Notes: generated from the sequence alone by a model not told the origin. Shown: positions 47,475 through 60,375, counted from the first letter of the stretch. The stretch: 64,000 nucleotides of DNA from Octopus vulgaris (GCA_951406725.2 OX597840.1:24118001-24182000); one strand, 5' to 3'. Made by a program: numbers and translations.

Positions 47475-48380
47475 ATGGGAGACGTTGATCACTTGGATTC
47501 TTCTAATTACACGGTTATTAAGGATGGAAATCTAATTACACAGACATACAATGGTGAGAAACCTTTTTGTGGCGAAATGTTTACCGAGAAACTAAATATT
47601 GATGAATATCGTTGCGATGTTTGTGGTAAAACATTCGCATCAGAAGAGGAATTGTTCGCACACACAGGTTTACACAAAGCAGGGAATATATATCACTGTG
47701 ATATTTGCGGGAAACCTTTTATCTCTGAAAGCAATTTAGCAAGACACAAACGTAGACACACGGGAGAAAAATCGTTCCATTGCAAAATCTGCGGCAAATC
47801 TTTCTTCCAGAATTCTAACCTTGTTATCCACGTACGTAGCCATACAGGAGAGAAACCGTTTCACTGTGAAATATGCGATAAGTCGTTTGTTGCTAATGGT
47901 AACTTAACAGCACACAGGTTAATTCACGCGGGAGAAAAGCCTTACCATTGCGAGGTGTGTGGTAAATCTTTCAGTAATAATTCGAATCTTATTACCCACA
48001 TTCGTAGCCACACCGGAGAAAAGCCTTACCACTGTAAAACGTGTGGGAAATTCTTTGTGTCTAACAGTGTCTTAACAAAGCATAGACGAATCCATACAGG
48101 AGAAAAACCCTATCGTTGCGAAGCTTGTGGAAAGTCATTTATCAAAAACGATGATTTAAGTAGACACAAATTGATCCACACGGGAGTGAAACGGTTTCGT
48201 TGCGAAATCTGCGGTAAATCTTTCACTCAGAATTCTAGTCTTGTTATCCATATACGGAGGCACACTGGCGAACGACCCTATCGCTGTGAGATGTGTGAGA
48301 AATCGTTCGTCACTGGCGATTATTTGAACAGACACAAACGTATACATAGCAGAAGGAAGTCTTTCGATTGTGAAACGTGA
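47475..48380 (+). CDS. C2H2 zinc-finger protein (ZNF9, subfamily A), 9 fingers
   Basis: 301-aa ORF; N-terminus MGDVDHLDSSN identical to ZNF4. Confidence 0.93.
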   Translation: MGDVDHLDSSNYTVIKDGNLITQTYNGEKPFCGEMFTEKLNIDEYRCDVCGKTFASEEELFAHTGLHKAGNIYHCDICGKPFISESNLARHKRRHTGEKSFHCKICGKSFFQNSNLVIHVRSHTGEKPFHCEICDKSFVANGNLTAHRLIHAGEKPYHCEVCGKSFSNNSNLITHIRSHTGEKPYHCKTCGKFFVSNSVLTKHRRIHTGEKPYRCEACGKSFIKNDDLSRHKLIHTGVKRFRCEICGKSFTQNSSLVIHIRRHTGERPYRCEMCEKSFVTGDYLNRHKRIHSRRKSFDCET

Positions 48381-48454
48381 GAAATTCTCTTGCAACCTAA
48401 AGTTACAGTCCCCCACACAACACACATAAGAAGTACACTGAAGAATATTTATCT

Positions 48455-49100
48455 GTTTCTTTACTACCCACAAGGGGCTAAATACAGAGTGGGGACAAAC
48501 AAGGACAGACAAACCGATTAAGTCTATTACATCGACCCCAGAATGCAACTGGTACTTTATTTATCGACCCAGAAAGGATGAAAGGCAAAGTCGACCTCGG
48601 CGGAATTTGAACTCAGAATGTAGCGGCAGACGAAATACCTATTTCTTTACTACCCACAAGGGGCTAAACACAGAGAGGAGACAAACAAGGACAGACAAAG
48701 GGATTAAGTCGATTACATCGATCCCAGTGCGTCACTGATACTTAATTTATCGACCTCGAAAGGATGAAAGGCAAAGTTGACCGGCAGAATTTGAACTCAG
48801 AATGTAGCAGCAGACGAAATACCTATTTTTATTTCTTTACTACCCAGAAGAGGCTAAACACAGAGGGGACAGATGAAAGGATTAAGTCGTTTATATTGGC
48901 TCCAGTGCGAAACTGGTACTTAATTTATCGACTCCGAAAGGATGAACGGCAAAGTTGAACCCGGCAGAATTTGAACTCAGAACACAAAGACAGACGAAAC
49001 ACCTATTTCTTTACTACCCACAAGGGGCTAAACACAGAGAGGAGACAAACAAGGACAGACAAACGGATTAAGTCGATTACATCGACCCCCCCAGTGCATA
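48455..49100 (-). mobile_element. SINE family B multimer
   Basis: About 3.5 tandem units. Confidence 0.85.
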
Positions 49101-49424
49101 ACACGAACTAATATTTATTGGAAGAAACTGTTATTCAGATGATTGTTTTGAAAATATTCTCAATAAACTGAAGCGAAAAGAAATTATGAAATTTATGTAA
49201 ACATTTTTGAGAAAATATATTTTTTTAAAATTAAAATATAATCTGAGTTGATTAAATTATTTTTTTTACAAAATTGACTCATCACCAAAACACTGCCACA
49301 AAATATTATTCAATATCTTTATGTGACATACAACTAACACAAAAAAAAAATTAATTACACTCCATCATAATGAAATAATTAGCAAGTGTTCTCTCTAGAT
49401 TTGTGTGTTAAGAATTGAATGTAT

Positions 49425-49625
49425 ACTCTTACTCTTTTATTTGTTTCAGTCATTTTGACTGCGGCCATGCTGGAGCACCACCTTTAATCGAGCAAATCGA
49501 CCCCGGGACTTATTGTTTGTAAGGCCAGTACTTATTCTATCGGTCTCTTTTGCCGAACCGCTATGTGACGGGGACGCAAATACACCAGCATCGGTTGTCA
49601 AGCAATGCTAGGGGGATAAACTCAC

Positions 49626-49656
<31 letters not shown>

Positions 49657-49806
49657 CGACAGGCTTACAAATCCACTTACAAGACATTGGTCGGCCCGGG
49701 GCTATAGCAGAAGACGCGTGCCCAAGATGCCACGCAGTGGGACTGAACCCGGAACCATGTGGTTGGTAAACAAGCTACTTACCACACAGTCACTCCTGCG
49801 CCTATA
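49425..49806 (-). mobile_element. SINE family A
   Basis: Full-length copy. Confidence 0.85.
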
Positions 49807-50032
49807 TTACTTTCAATAATAATAATCCTTTTTACTGAAGGCACAAAGCCTTGAAATTTTTGTGGGGAGGGAACTAGTCGATTACATTGGCCCAGTATTT
49901 CACTGGTACTTAATTCATTGACCCTGAAAGGATGAAAGGCAAAGTCGACCTTAGCAGAATCTGAACTCAAAACATAGCAAACGAAATACCACATTTCGCC
50001 CAGCGTGCTAACGATTCTGCCAGCTCGCCACC

Positions 50033-50394
<362 letters not shown>

Positions 50395-51088
50395 ATAATA
50401 ATAAATGCGCCCTTTTAAAGCCTAGCCAGGCTCATGGGCCCACTTTCCCGGTATCGCAGCGTTACTCCTTTTTGCCATTTGAGTGGACTGGAGCAACATG
50501 AAATGAAGTGTTTTGCTCAAGAACACAACGCGTTGCCCGGTCCAGGAATCGAAACCACAATCTTACGATCATGGTGCTGACACTCTAACTACTAAGCCAC
50601 GCGCCTCCACTCAATAATAGTTATCACCTCTCTATATTGACCTGCTGGTCAATAAACTACATTTAGAAAAATGTAGAAATAAACAATTATTATCATCAAC
50701 GTCATTTAATGTCTGTTTTCCATGCTGGCGTGGGTTGGACAGTTTGACAGGAGCTGGCAAGTCGGAAGTTAAGATAAATGTAGCTTTGAGGTACAGGTGT
50801 GGCTGAGAAACTTGCTGAAGAGCTGTTAGTTAAAGGTACACTCCAGGTCACGTTTGCTTGTATCACAATAGCTAGTTCTTGTAGCCATCACCACTACCAC
50901 AACTAGAAACACTGCTATTGTTTACTATGACCGCAACCACTACACCGACACTACACCCTCACCTATTGGTTAGAACTACCAAATCAATCCCTATCGCTAT
51001 TATCTAGCACTGCCATCACCACCACAACCATCGCCATCACCACCTTTGCCTACTACAACTGCCACCACCTTCACCACTACAACTATCC

Positions 51089-51839
51089 GGTACTACTTAA
51101 GAAGAGTGGTCCCGGAGCGCGCACTCGATCCTTACTTTGTGTTTTTGTATTATTTACTTTGTTTTAAAAAAATTATTTACTTTAAAAAATTTTTTTTTTA
51201 CTTGTTTCAGTCATTTGACTGCGGCCATGCTGGAGCACCGCCTTTAATCGAGCAAATCGACCCCGGGACTTATTCTTTTGTAAGCCCAGTACTTATTCTA
51301 TCTGTCTCTTTTGCCGAACCGCTAAGTAACGGGGACGTAAACACACACACATATATACAACAGGCTTCTTTCAGTTTCCATCTATCAAATCCACTCACTA
51401 GGCTTTGGTCGGCCCGAGGCTATAGTAGACGACACTTGCCCAAGATACCGTGCAGTGGGACTGAACCCAGAACCATGTGGTTGGTAAGCAAGCTACTTAC
51501 CACACAGCCACTCCTGCGCCTACTTTGTGTAAAAAAAAAATTGTTGACGTAACTTCGGTATAAGTAGCGGTGTAAATACCGGATATATTTCAAGAAAGTG
51601 TTTTTTTTATATATATGAGGGAGGGAGTAGGGAGGGGGGGGAGAAAAGGGTTTCTGTTATCTTCAGAAATGTAAACAAAGTCACGCGTGTATCTATACCG
51701 AAGGATCGCCACATTATCTATTTTGTGTATTATTTACTTTGCTAGGTAGTCGTTGTAGGATCGACTAGTCACGACTAGCTAGCGCTGATGCGCGAGCACG
51801 CGAGTGCACGCACCGGGACCACTCTTCTTAAATAGTACT
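51089..51839. mobile_element. Merlin-like MITE (GGTAC family) with a nested SINE A and a GGCGA MITE
   Basis: 27-bp TIR GGTACTACTTAAGAAGAGTGGTCCCGG; 9-bp TSD CAACTATCC. Confidence 0.85.
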
Positions 51840-51924
51840 CAACTATCCCCACCTCGATTGTTGAACACGATGATAACTCCCACTGCCAAATCCACCACGA
51901 CCACCACCACCAAGAAGAAAAGGC

Positions 51925-52232
51925 GACGTCGGCGGGAGCGACATTTACGAAAACTCATTTGAATTATCCAGATGGCAAGTAACCATGGCAATCCTTTTTT
52001 TCTCCTTTAAATCTTTCAGTCAACGGACCGCGGCCATGCTGTAACAACATCTCCAAGTTGTTTACAGTATTGTCATGACAACAACACGTTTTCTGCTTTC
52101 ATTAATTAGAGAGGGTAAGTCACGTGACGTGACACAGCTTTCACTTCCGGATTCTGTGACATTTGATCAACGTCGGATCTAATTAAAAAATGTGATTTCA
52201 CAATAAATATCGATCTATTTCAACCACGACAG
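51925..52232 (+). promoter_or_regulatory. Putative promoter and non-coding first exon of ZNF10
   Basis: RFX-like GTAACCATGGCAAT 51979-51992, palindromic E-box GTCACGTGAC 52119-52128, ETS CACTTCCGG 52142-52150, donor CAG|GTAAGA at 52233. Confidence 0.55.
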
Positions 52233-52412
52233 GTAAGATATGATACACATTGAACACCAATACAAAAGAAGCCGCTTATTACCATCGCAGATCATCTCAT
52301 CGACCGCTTACTGTAATCAATTTCAGCAGGTTTCCAAACTTATTCGTTTCACAGATGCTTTTTTTCCAAAACAGCCTCCAGTGTTTATAATTAGAATTTA
52401 ATTAAAAGTTGG

Positions 52413-53071
52413 GGATCTTTTCACTTTGACCGGCAGATTTAAAAAATAATTTCCACGTAACTAAACACTTTTAAACTTCGTATACTGGTAGAATGTGTTT
52501 ATAAAACATCTTTCTCTCTTGGCTTTCTCGAGAAAATTCTATAGTTTGTAAGATATTTGTTGTTTTTTCCTTCAATTTCTACAATTTCAACCAATCACTG
52601 ACGTCTATTGAGGTAAAAAAAAAACATTCTGTGCCGTATGAATATATCGCTCGTTTAAAAAACAGATTGGGTTTATTTACATTTCTGAAGAAAAAAAAGA
52701 TACCCTTTCCCCCACCCCTAACACTAAAACAGATTGAAATGCAATAGATCGATACTAGGATCATAATTATGGGTGACAATTTCATATGTAAGATATTTGT
52801 TGTTTTTTTTTCCTTCAATTTCTGCAATTTCAACCATTCAATGACGTCTATTGAGGTAAAAAACAACATTCTGTGCCGTATGAATATGTCGCTCGTTTAA
52901 GAAACAGATTGGGTTTATTTACATTTGTGAAGAAAAAAAAAAGATACCCTTCCCCCACCCCTAACCCTAAAACAGATCGAAATGCAATAGATCGATACTA
53001 GGGTGATAATTATGGGTTACAATTTCATATGACACCGCTAGAAAAAACTGCCGTTCAAACCGAAAAGATCC
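52413..53071. mobile_element. GGATC-family MITE with an internal ~240-bp duplication
   Basis: Both TIRs present; about 52546-52787 is repeated at about 52788-53030. Confidence 0.8.
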
Positions 53072-53232
53072 CTAAGTGGTATGTAATCATGAATATGTGT
53101 ATATTTTATGTCGCCAAATAATACCAAAGTAAACTTTATTGATCGGTCTTTTCCATACAATTCCTGGGAATTCATATTCAGCGGGGGTTTGAAGACCTTT
53201 GTTATAATCGGCTTTTCTGAGTATACACTTCT

Positions 53233-54005
53233 TTTTACTCTTTTACTTGTTTCAGTCATTTGACTGGCCATGCTGCAGCATCGCCTTTAGTCGAGCAAAT
53301 CGACCCCGGGACTTATTCTTTGTAAGCCTAGTACTTATTTTATCGGTCTCTCTTTTGCCGAACCGCTAAGTTACGGGAACGTAAACACACCAGCATCAGT
53401 TGTCAAGCGATGTTGGGGGGACAAACACACACACATGCCAGCCTCGTCTGGCACCTGTGTCGGTGGCACATAAAAAACACCATCCGAGCGTGGCCGTCTG
53501 CCAGCCTCGTCTGGTACCTGTGTCGGTGGCACATAAAAAACACCATCCGAGCGTGGCCGTCTGCCAGCCTCGTCTGGTACCTGTGTCGGTGGCACATAAA
53601 AAACACCATCCGAGCGTGGCCGTCTGCCAGCCTCGTCTGGTACCTGTGTCGGTGGCACATAAAAAACACCATCCGAGCGTGGCCGTTCGCCAGCCTTGTC
53701 TGGCACCTGTGTCGGTGGCACATAAAATCACCCACTACACTCTCGGAGTGGTTGGCGTTAGGAAGGGCATCCAGCTGTAGAAACACTGCCAGATCTGACT
53801 GGCCTGGTGCAGCCTTCGGGCTCCCGAGACCCCAGTTGAACCGTCCAACCCATGCTAGCATGGAAAGCGGACGTTAAACGATGATGATGATATATATATA
53901 CATATACATATATACGACGGGCTTCTTTCAGTTTCCGTCTACCAAATCCACTCACAAGGCTTTGGTCGGCCCGAGGCTATAGTAGAAGACACTTGCCCAA
54001 GGTGC
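53233..54005 (-). mobile_element. SINE family A with a nested (GAT)n-tailed retroposon
   Basis: Family C element 53437-53890 sits in the central microsatellite. Confidence 0.8.
53437..53725 (+). repeat. 63-bp tandem repeat (about 4.5 copies) inside a family C element
   Basis: GCCAGCCTCGTCTGGTACCTGTGTCGGTGGCACATAAAAAACACCATCCGAGCGTGGCCGTCT units. Confidence 0.9.
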
Positions 54006-54221
54006 CAGCAAAAATGAGTTGTGCCTTCAATTGAAAGGGCCATCCTCATCACACTGTATCTCTGTAGAAGTACGTTAAGGGTCCACTTGCTTGTTGATTT
54101 CACAAGCAGGCTGTCCCCTTCATCGGATCAACTCGAACACTCGTCTTCACAACCGACAGAGAACCAGTTGTTATGAAAATGTTGAATCTTGACATTTTAA
54201 ATATTTTCTGTGTCTTATACA

Positions 54222-54239
54222 AACTTCTCTACTTTTCAG
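54222..54239 (+). other. Putative splice acceptor for the ZNF10 main exon
   Basis: CTTCTCTACTTTTCAG|AATCTCAG; a homologous acceptor precedes the ZNF11 leader. Confidence 0.6.
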
Positions 54240-54742
54240 AATCTCAGAAGACATCCCTGTAAAAGAAATCACACCAGAAACATCATCAAGGGACATGCTC
54301 CATGGAAGAGATAATCCTGGATATATAAACCTGCAATAGATTTACTGAGAAATGCTTTTTTCTGTATGAGATTATCAGTAACAATTCTCTACTCTGCTGT
54401 CTGGAATATGTTTCAGATGAATTTACATTCTAAGTAAACTCGGATGACAGAGTGGTCCGTGGCATCTTCGGAAATTGACGAAGATCACTGTTGATGTAAA
54501 GATGGCAATTTGTTATGAATGAAGTATTGGCGTTAGGAAGGGCATCCAGCTGTAGAAACACTGCCAGATCAGACTGGGCCCGGTGCAGCCTTCTGGCTTC
54601 CCAGACCCCAGTTGAACCATCCAACCCATGCTAGCATGGAAAGCGGACGCTAAATGACGATGATGATGATGATGATGAAGTAATGAAACAAAATGAAGAA
54701 AAACATCCGTGTATTGTGGTGAGGGAAGAGAAAAAAAGAATT

Positions 54743-55741
54743 ATGGAAAATGAATTACGTGAGAATAAATTGAAAAGGATTGATTTTTCTGTTGGTATAA
54801 TGAAAAGGAAAACATTTTATTGTGATATTTGCAAAAAGTCATTCTCTCAAAAAGACGAACAGACTATTCATAAATGTATTCATGCAGGAGAGAAACCCCA
54901 TTGCTGTGACATCTGTGGTAAATCATTCTCTCAAAGCCATCACTTGACCACTCACAAACGCATTCATACCGGCGAGAAGCCATACAACTGTGATATCTGT
55001 GGTAGATCGTTTCCTCAGAATCATCACTTGATTATTCATAAACGTATTCATACAGGTGAGAAACCGTATCATTGTGATGTCTGTGGTAAATCCTTTGCTC
55101 AGAATCATATTTTAATTAATCACAAACGAATCCATACAGGAGAGAAACCATTCCACTGTGATATCTGCGGCAAATTCTTCACTCAAAACGATGGTTTAAT
55201 CAAACACATACGTATTCATACAGGAGAGAAACCTTACCATTGTGGTATCTGTGGTAAATCATTCTCTCAAAGTGATGTCTTAACTAAGCACAAACGTATC
55301 CATACAGGAGAGAAACCATATCACTGTGATATCTGTGGTAAATCATTCTCGCAAAATCACCATTTGACCAAGCATAAACCTACTCACACAGGAGATAAGT
55401 CATATCATTGTGATACCTGTGGCAAATCGTTCTCTCAAATAAATAACTTAACTACTCACAAACGCATTCATACAGGTGATAAACCATATCAGTGTGATAT
55501 CTGTGGTAAATCCTTCTCTCAGAATCATCACTTGACTGAACACAAATATATTCATACAGGAGATAAGCCGTATCACTGTGACACCTGTGGTAAATCTTTC
55601 TCTCAGATAAATAACTTAAACACTCACAAGCGTATTCATACAGGTGAGAAGCCCTATCACTGTGATACCTGTGGTAAATCATTCTCTCAGAATCATAACT
55701 TAACGACTCACAAACACATCCATACTGGAGAGAAGCCTTAA
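54743..55741 (+). CDS. C2H2 zinc-finger protein (ZNF10, subfamily B), 11 fingers
   Basis: ORF open from ATG 54683; the ATG at 54743 (MENELR) matches the ZNF11 start; [12 protein letters not shown] repeats. Confidence 0.9.
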   Translation: MENELRENKLKRIDFSVGIMKRKTFYCDICKKSFSQKDEQTIHKCIHAGEKPHCCDICGKSFSQSHHLTTHKRIHTGEKPYNCDICGRSFPQNHHLIIHKRIHTGEKPYHCDVCGKSFAQNHILINHKRIHTGEKPFHCDICGKFFTQNDGLIKHIRIHTGEKPYHCGICGKSFSQSDVLTKHKRIHTGEKPYHCDICGKSFSQNHHLTKHKPTHTGDKSYHCDTCGKSFSQINNLTTHKRIHTGDKPYQCDICGKSFSQNHHLTEHKYIHTGDKPYHCDTCGKSFSQINNLNTHKRIHTGEKPYHCDTCGKSFSQNHNLTTHKHIHTGEKP

Positions 55742-57668
55742 CAGTGCAATATCTTTTATGTTCTTACTTGATTCGATCATTGAATTGCGGTCATACTGGA
55801 GCACTGCCTTAACCCTTTAGTGTTTAAACCGGCCATATCCGGCCCAAATAATCTACCTGTTTTCTGTTAAAACTGCCCACATTTGGTATCTCACATCAGC
55901 CTATAATGTCAATCTAAAAACAGGTGATAACATCATCAAAATCTTAAAGCTACGAAATAATGACATGATTCGCTTAAAACAATATGATGAATAAATATTA
56001 TATTTGACAGAATAATCTGAATGCTAAAGGGTTTACTCCAACAAAACGATTTCATTGCACGGAAAAGACACCCAGTGCACTCGGTAGAGTGGTTGGCATC
56101 AGGAAGAGCATCCAGCTGTAGAAACCCTGCTAGAATAGCTGACTGGAATCTGATGCAGCTCTCCAGTCTTGCCAGTCCCTGTCAAAAGTCTAACACAACG
56201 TTTCAGCTGATATACCCTCCAGCCTTCATCGAAAAATACCTTAGGAATGATCATCAGGTGTCTTGGGGGAATTTTTGAACCTGGGTTCTCATTCCTAAGG
56301 TATTTTTTGATGAAGGCTGGAGGGTATATCAACCACAAAGTTGTGTTAGCAACAAACAAAATGAGGAGAAATATCTGTCAAATGTAAACAATGTACCCAA
56401 TTCCTCATCTCTTAAATATACAACTGTTGTTTGTTCTTTCGTTCATGATTATATTTGCTTTGGATTTTAATGTGGATTACTTATGTAATTACGTTTACCT
56501 TTTATGTCTGAGAATAAAATAATTGCTTTATATTATTATTCTTGTTGTCAATCAAATTACCATTTCTCATCTTCAACAAAAAAGAACTTCCAGCCTTTAC
56601 TCCTCAGCCTTCCTAATTCATTTTGATCCTCTGCCAGGCATTATATGGAAGTTTTCCTGTTGCTCACAGACAGCTTCTTTTTTCTTTACGAAAGGATCAA
56701 TAAATATACTATTAAGCATTCACCCGATTCCTTGCCTTTATCTTTCTCCGGAAATTGTAGTTAAGACACCCGTGCCGGTGACACGTAAAAAGCACCATTC
56801 GAGCGTGGCAGTTACTAGCGTCCGTGTCGGTGACACATAAAAGCACCAACCGATCGTGGCCGTTTGCCAGCCTGTTCCGGTGGCACATAAAAAACACCCA
56901 CTACACTCACGGAGTGGTTGGCGTTAGGAAGGGCATCCAGCTGTAGAAACACTGCCAAATCAGACTGGATCCTGGTGCAGCCTCCATGACTTACCAGACC
57001 CCGGTTGAACCGTCCAACCCATGCTAGCATGGAAAACGGACGTTAAATGATGATGATGATGATGATGATGATGTTCCTATTATTGACAGCCAATTTTTTT
57101 TGTTATCTATTAAAGGATTTGTAAATAAACTATTATACTTGCGAGACAAGGGTAACGACTGACAGACTTCTGGAAAAGCTCTCATTATCACATCATCATC
57201 ATCATTTAACGTCCGCTTTCCATGCTAGCATGGGTTGGACGGTTCGACCGGCATCTGGTAAGCCATGGAGGCTGCACCAGGCTCCAGTCTGATCTGCCAG
57301 TGTTTCTACAGCTGGATGCCCTTCCTAACGCCAACCACTCCATGAGTGTAGCGGGTGTTTTTTACGTGCCACTGGCACAGGAGCCAGAACAGGCTTGCAA
57401 ACGGCCACGATCGGTTGGTGTTTTTATGTGTCACCGGCACAGGAGCCAGTCAGGCGACGCTAGTATCTGCCACGTTCAGACAGTGCTTACTATATCATAT
57501 CATATCATATATCCAACACATTTGATATTTTATTTTAAATATCCACATAACTGAGAAACTGAGATACATTGAGGTCCAGTTATGAAGATATGGTACGGAA
57601 GTTTCTCAGATAATTCTTTTGTACAAGACTTTGTAAAGTCCATAGCTGAATAGAACTTGACAGAAACA

Positions 57669-57831
57669 TAGGGGCAGGAGTGGCTGTGTGGTTAGTAGCT
57701 TGTTTACCAACCACATGGTCCCGGGTTCAGTCCCACTGTGTGGCACCTTGGGCAAGTGTCTTCTACTATAACCTCAGGATGACCAAAGACTTGTCAGTGG
57801 ATTTGGTAGACGGAAACTGAAAGACGCCTGT

Positions 57832-57862
<31 letters not shown>

Positions 57863-58020
57863 TTGTGTGTTTATGACCCTGTCACTTAGCGGTTCGGCAA
57901 AACAGACTGATAGAATAAGTAGTAGGCTTGCAAAGAATAAGTCCCGGGGTCGATTTGCTCGACTAAAAGGTGGTGCTCCAGCATGGCCACGGTCAAAATG
58001 ACTGAAACAAGTAAAAACAA
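57669..58020 (+). mobile_element. SINE family A
   Basis: Full-length copy. Confidence 0.85.
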
Positions 58021-58196
58021 AAAGAATATTGCTGGAATATCTTTTATTGGAATTGACAACATTAATGGGAGGGATGGTCATGGTGATCCTGAATTGAGGT
58101 ATTGACCTCAGGCCAAGGGCTGGTCAGTTTCAGCCTCCAATCACCTCCTTCCTCCAGGTTCAGGCATTTCTATAAACAAGCATTTAACCGTCTGCA

Positions 58197-58581
58197 ACTC
58201 TTTTACTTGTTTCAGTCATTTGAGTGTGGCCATGCTGGAGCATCGCCTTTAGTCAAGCAAATCGACCCCGGGACTTACTCATTGTAAGTCTAGTACTTAT
58301 TCTATCGGTCTCTTTTTGCCGAATCGCTAAGTGACGGGGACGTAAATACACAAGCATCGATTGTCAAGCGATGTTGGGAGGACAAACACAGACACACAAA
58401 CATACATATATATATACATATATACGACGGGCTTCTTCCAGTTTCCGTCTACCAAATCCACTCACAAGGCTTTGGTCGTCCCAAGGCTATAGTAGAAGAC
58501 ACTTGCCCAAGGTGTCACGCAGTGGGACTGAACCCTGAACCATGTGGTTGGTTAGCAAGCTACTTACTACACAGCCACTCC
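58197..58581 (-). mobile_element. SINE family A
   Basis: Full-length copy, inverted relative to 57669-58020. Confidence 0.85.
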
Positions 58582-59511
58582 ACCCCTCAATCTTTGATTA
58601 CGACATCAGGCTGTGAACGTTAGCAACCAGAGACTCTTCACTGCAGTGAAAATTCCTCATGTTTTTTCCCACGTTTCATGGTGCTAAGTATTTCAAGCAG
58701 TTCGTCTGGGAGAGCTGGTCTTTCGCACACCGACCCCCATTCAACTCCTTGGTTATCACTGACCCCCCTGTAATTGCTCACCAACCCCTAGGGGTCCCTC
58801 AGATTCCCTTTAGCAACCCCCGAATTATAGTTAGTAACATAAATTGCACAATGATGGAGTCATTGGCTTAGGAGAATACATTTCTCAGTGAAAGAAGCCT
58901 GTTGTATATATGTATATATATGTGTGTCTGTGTTCGTCCCCCCAACATCGCTTGACAACTGATGCTGGTGTGTTTACGTCCCCGTAACTTAGTGGTTCGG
59001 CAAAAGAGACCGATAGAATAAGTACTGGGTTACAAAGAATAAGTCCTGGGGTTGATTTGCTCAACTAAAGGTGGTGCTCCAGCATGGCCACAGTCAAATG
59101 TCTGAAACAAGGAAAAGAGTATATATATATATATATACAAAATAAGAAAATGGAGAAACACATCTTAATCAATGATCAACTACCAGATAATTCCCAATCA
59201 CATAATTTATTAAACCACTACATATGAACATTAAGGTCAAACATAATATAGAACAAAACAATGCACATCAATGAGTAATATGATACAATAAGTACAGTAT
59301 GTATAAGTGAATATAAATAAATACAAATATAAATATAAACTACATCTTACAGCTGTTTCAGCCATGCAGATATGGGTGCCTCATTATGCTCATATTAGCC
59401 ATGTGTGATAGGTTAATATGTAGTTAACTGCTACTCATGTTGGCGAACTCTGTTCCTTATCAGTTGTGATATAATTCTTTCAGTAGCTTTCAATGTGTCT
59501 GTAGTTGCCCC

Positions 59512-59542
<31 letters not shown>

Positions 59543-59862
59543 CTCTACTCTTATAGCAATCTATGCTGATACTGTTCAAGCAGAAATTGTAATCACCACC
59601 TCTTTGCGTTCCATGATTGACTGTGGATGTTGGTTCTGCCTCACCTGACTTCATTTCATTGTTCCAAAACAACATAGGTGGAGGCAGGGCTGTGCCATTA
59701 CGAAGCTCTCTTTGCAACCAAGAGGTTTGCAGATCAATCCCACTGCGCAGCAACCTGGGCAAAGATCTTCTATAGCCCTAGGTTGACCAAAGCCTTGTGA
59801 GTGGATTTGATGGATGGAAACTGCATGAAAGACTGTTGTGTGTGTGAGTATATATTTATATA

Positions 59863-60375
59863 TACTCTTTTACTTGTTTCAGTCATTTGACTGTGGCCAT
59901 GCTGGAGCACCGCCTTTAGTTGAGCAAATCGACCCCGGGACTTATTGTTTGGAACCCCAGTACTTAGTCTATCGGTCACTTTTTGCCGAACCGCTAAGTG
60001 ACGGGGACATAAACACAACAGCATTGGTTGTCAAGTAATGCTAGGGAGGCAAACACAGACACACAAACGCATATATATATATATATACATATATACGACG
60101 GGCTTCTTTCAGTTTCCGTCCAAAGCCATGTGAGTGGATTTGGTAGACGGAAACTGAACGAAGCTCGTCGTATATATGTATGTATGTGTATCTGTGTTTG
60201 TCCCCCTAGCATTGCTTGACAACCGATGCCGGTGTGTTTATGACTCTGTCACTTAGCGTTTCGGCAAAAGAGACCGATAGAATAAGTACTGGGCTTACAA
60301 AGAATAAGTCCTGGGGTCGATTTGCTCGACTAAAGGTGGTACTCCAGCATGGCCAGTCAAATGACTGAAACAAGT
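59863..60375. mobile_element. Two partial SINE family A copies fused in inverted orientation
   Basis: 59863-60120 (-) joined to about 60128-60375 (+). Confidence 0.8.

Noticed and set aside
53437-53725. CRISPR-like array
   Set aside because: Head-to-tail 63-bp repeats with no unique spacers, in a eukaryotic retroposon context
59340-59470. Hammerhead on the minus strand (CTGATAAG...GAAACAGCTGTA)
   Set aside because: Core G8 is mutated, stem II is very long and stem I is unconvincing
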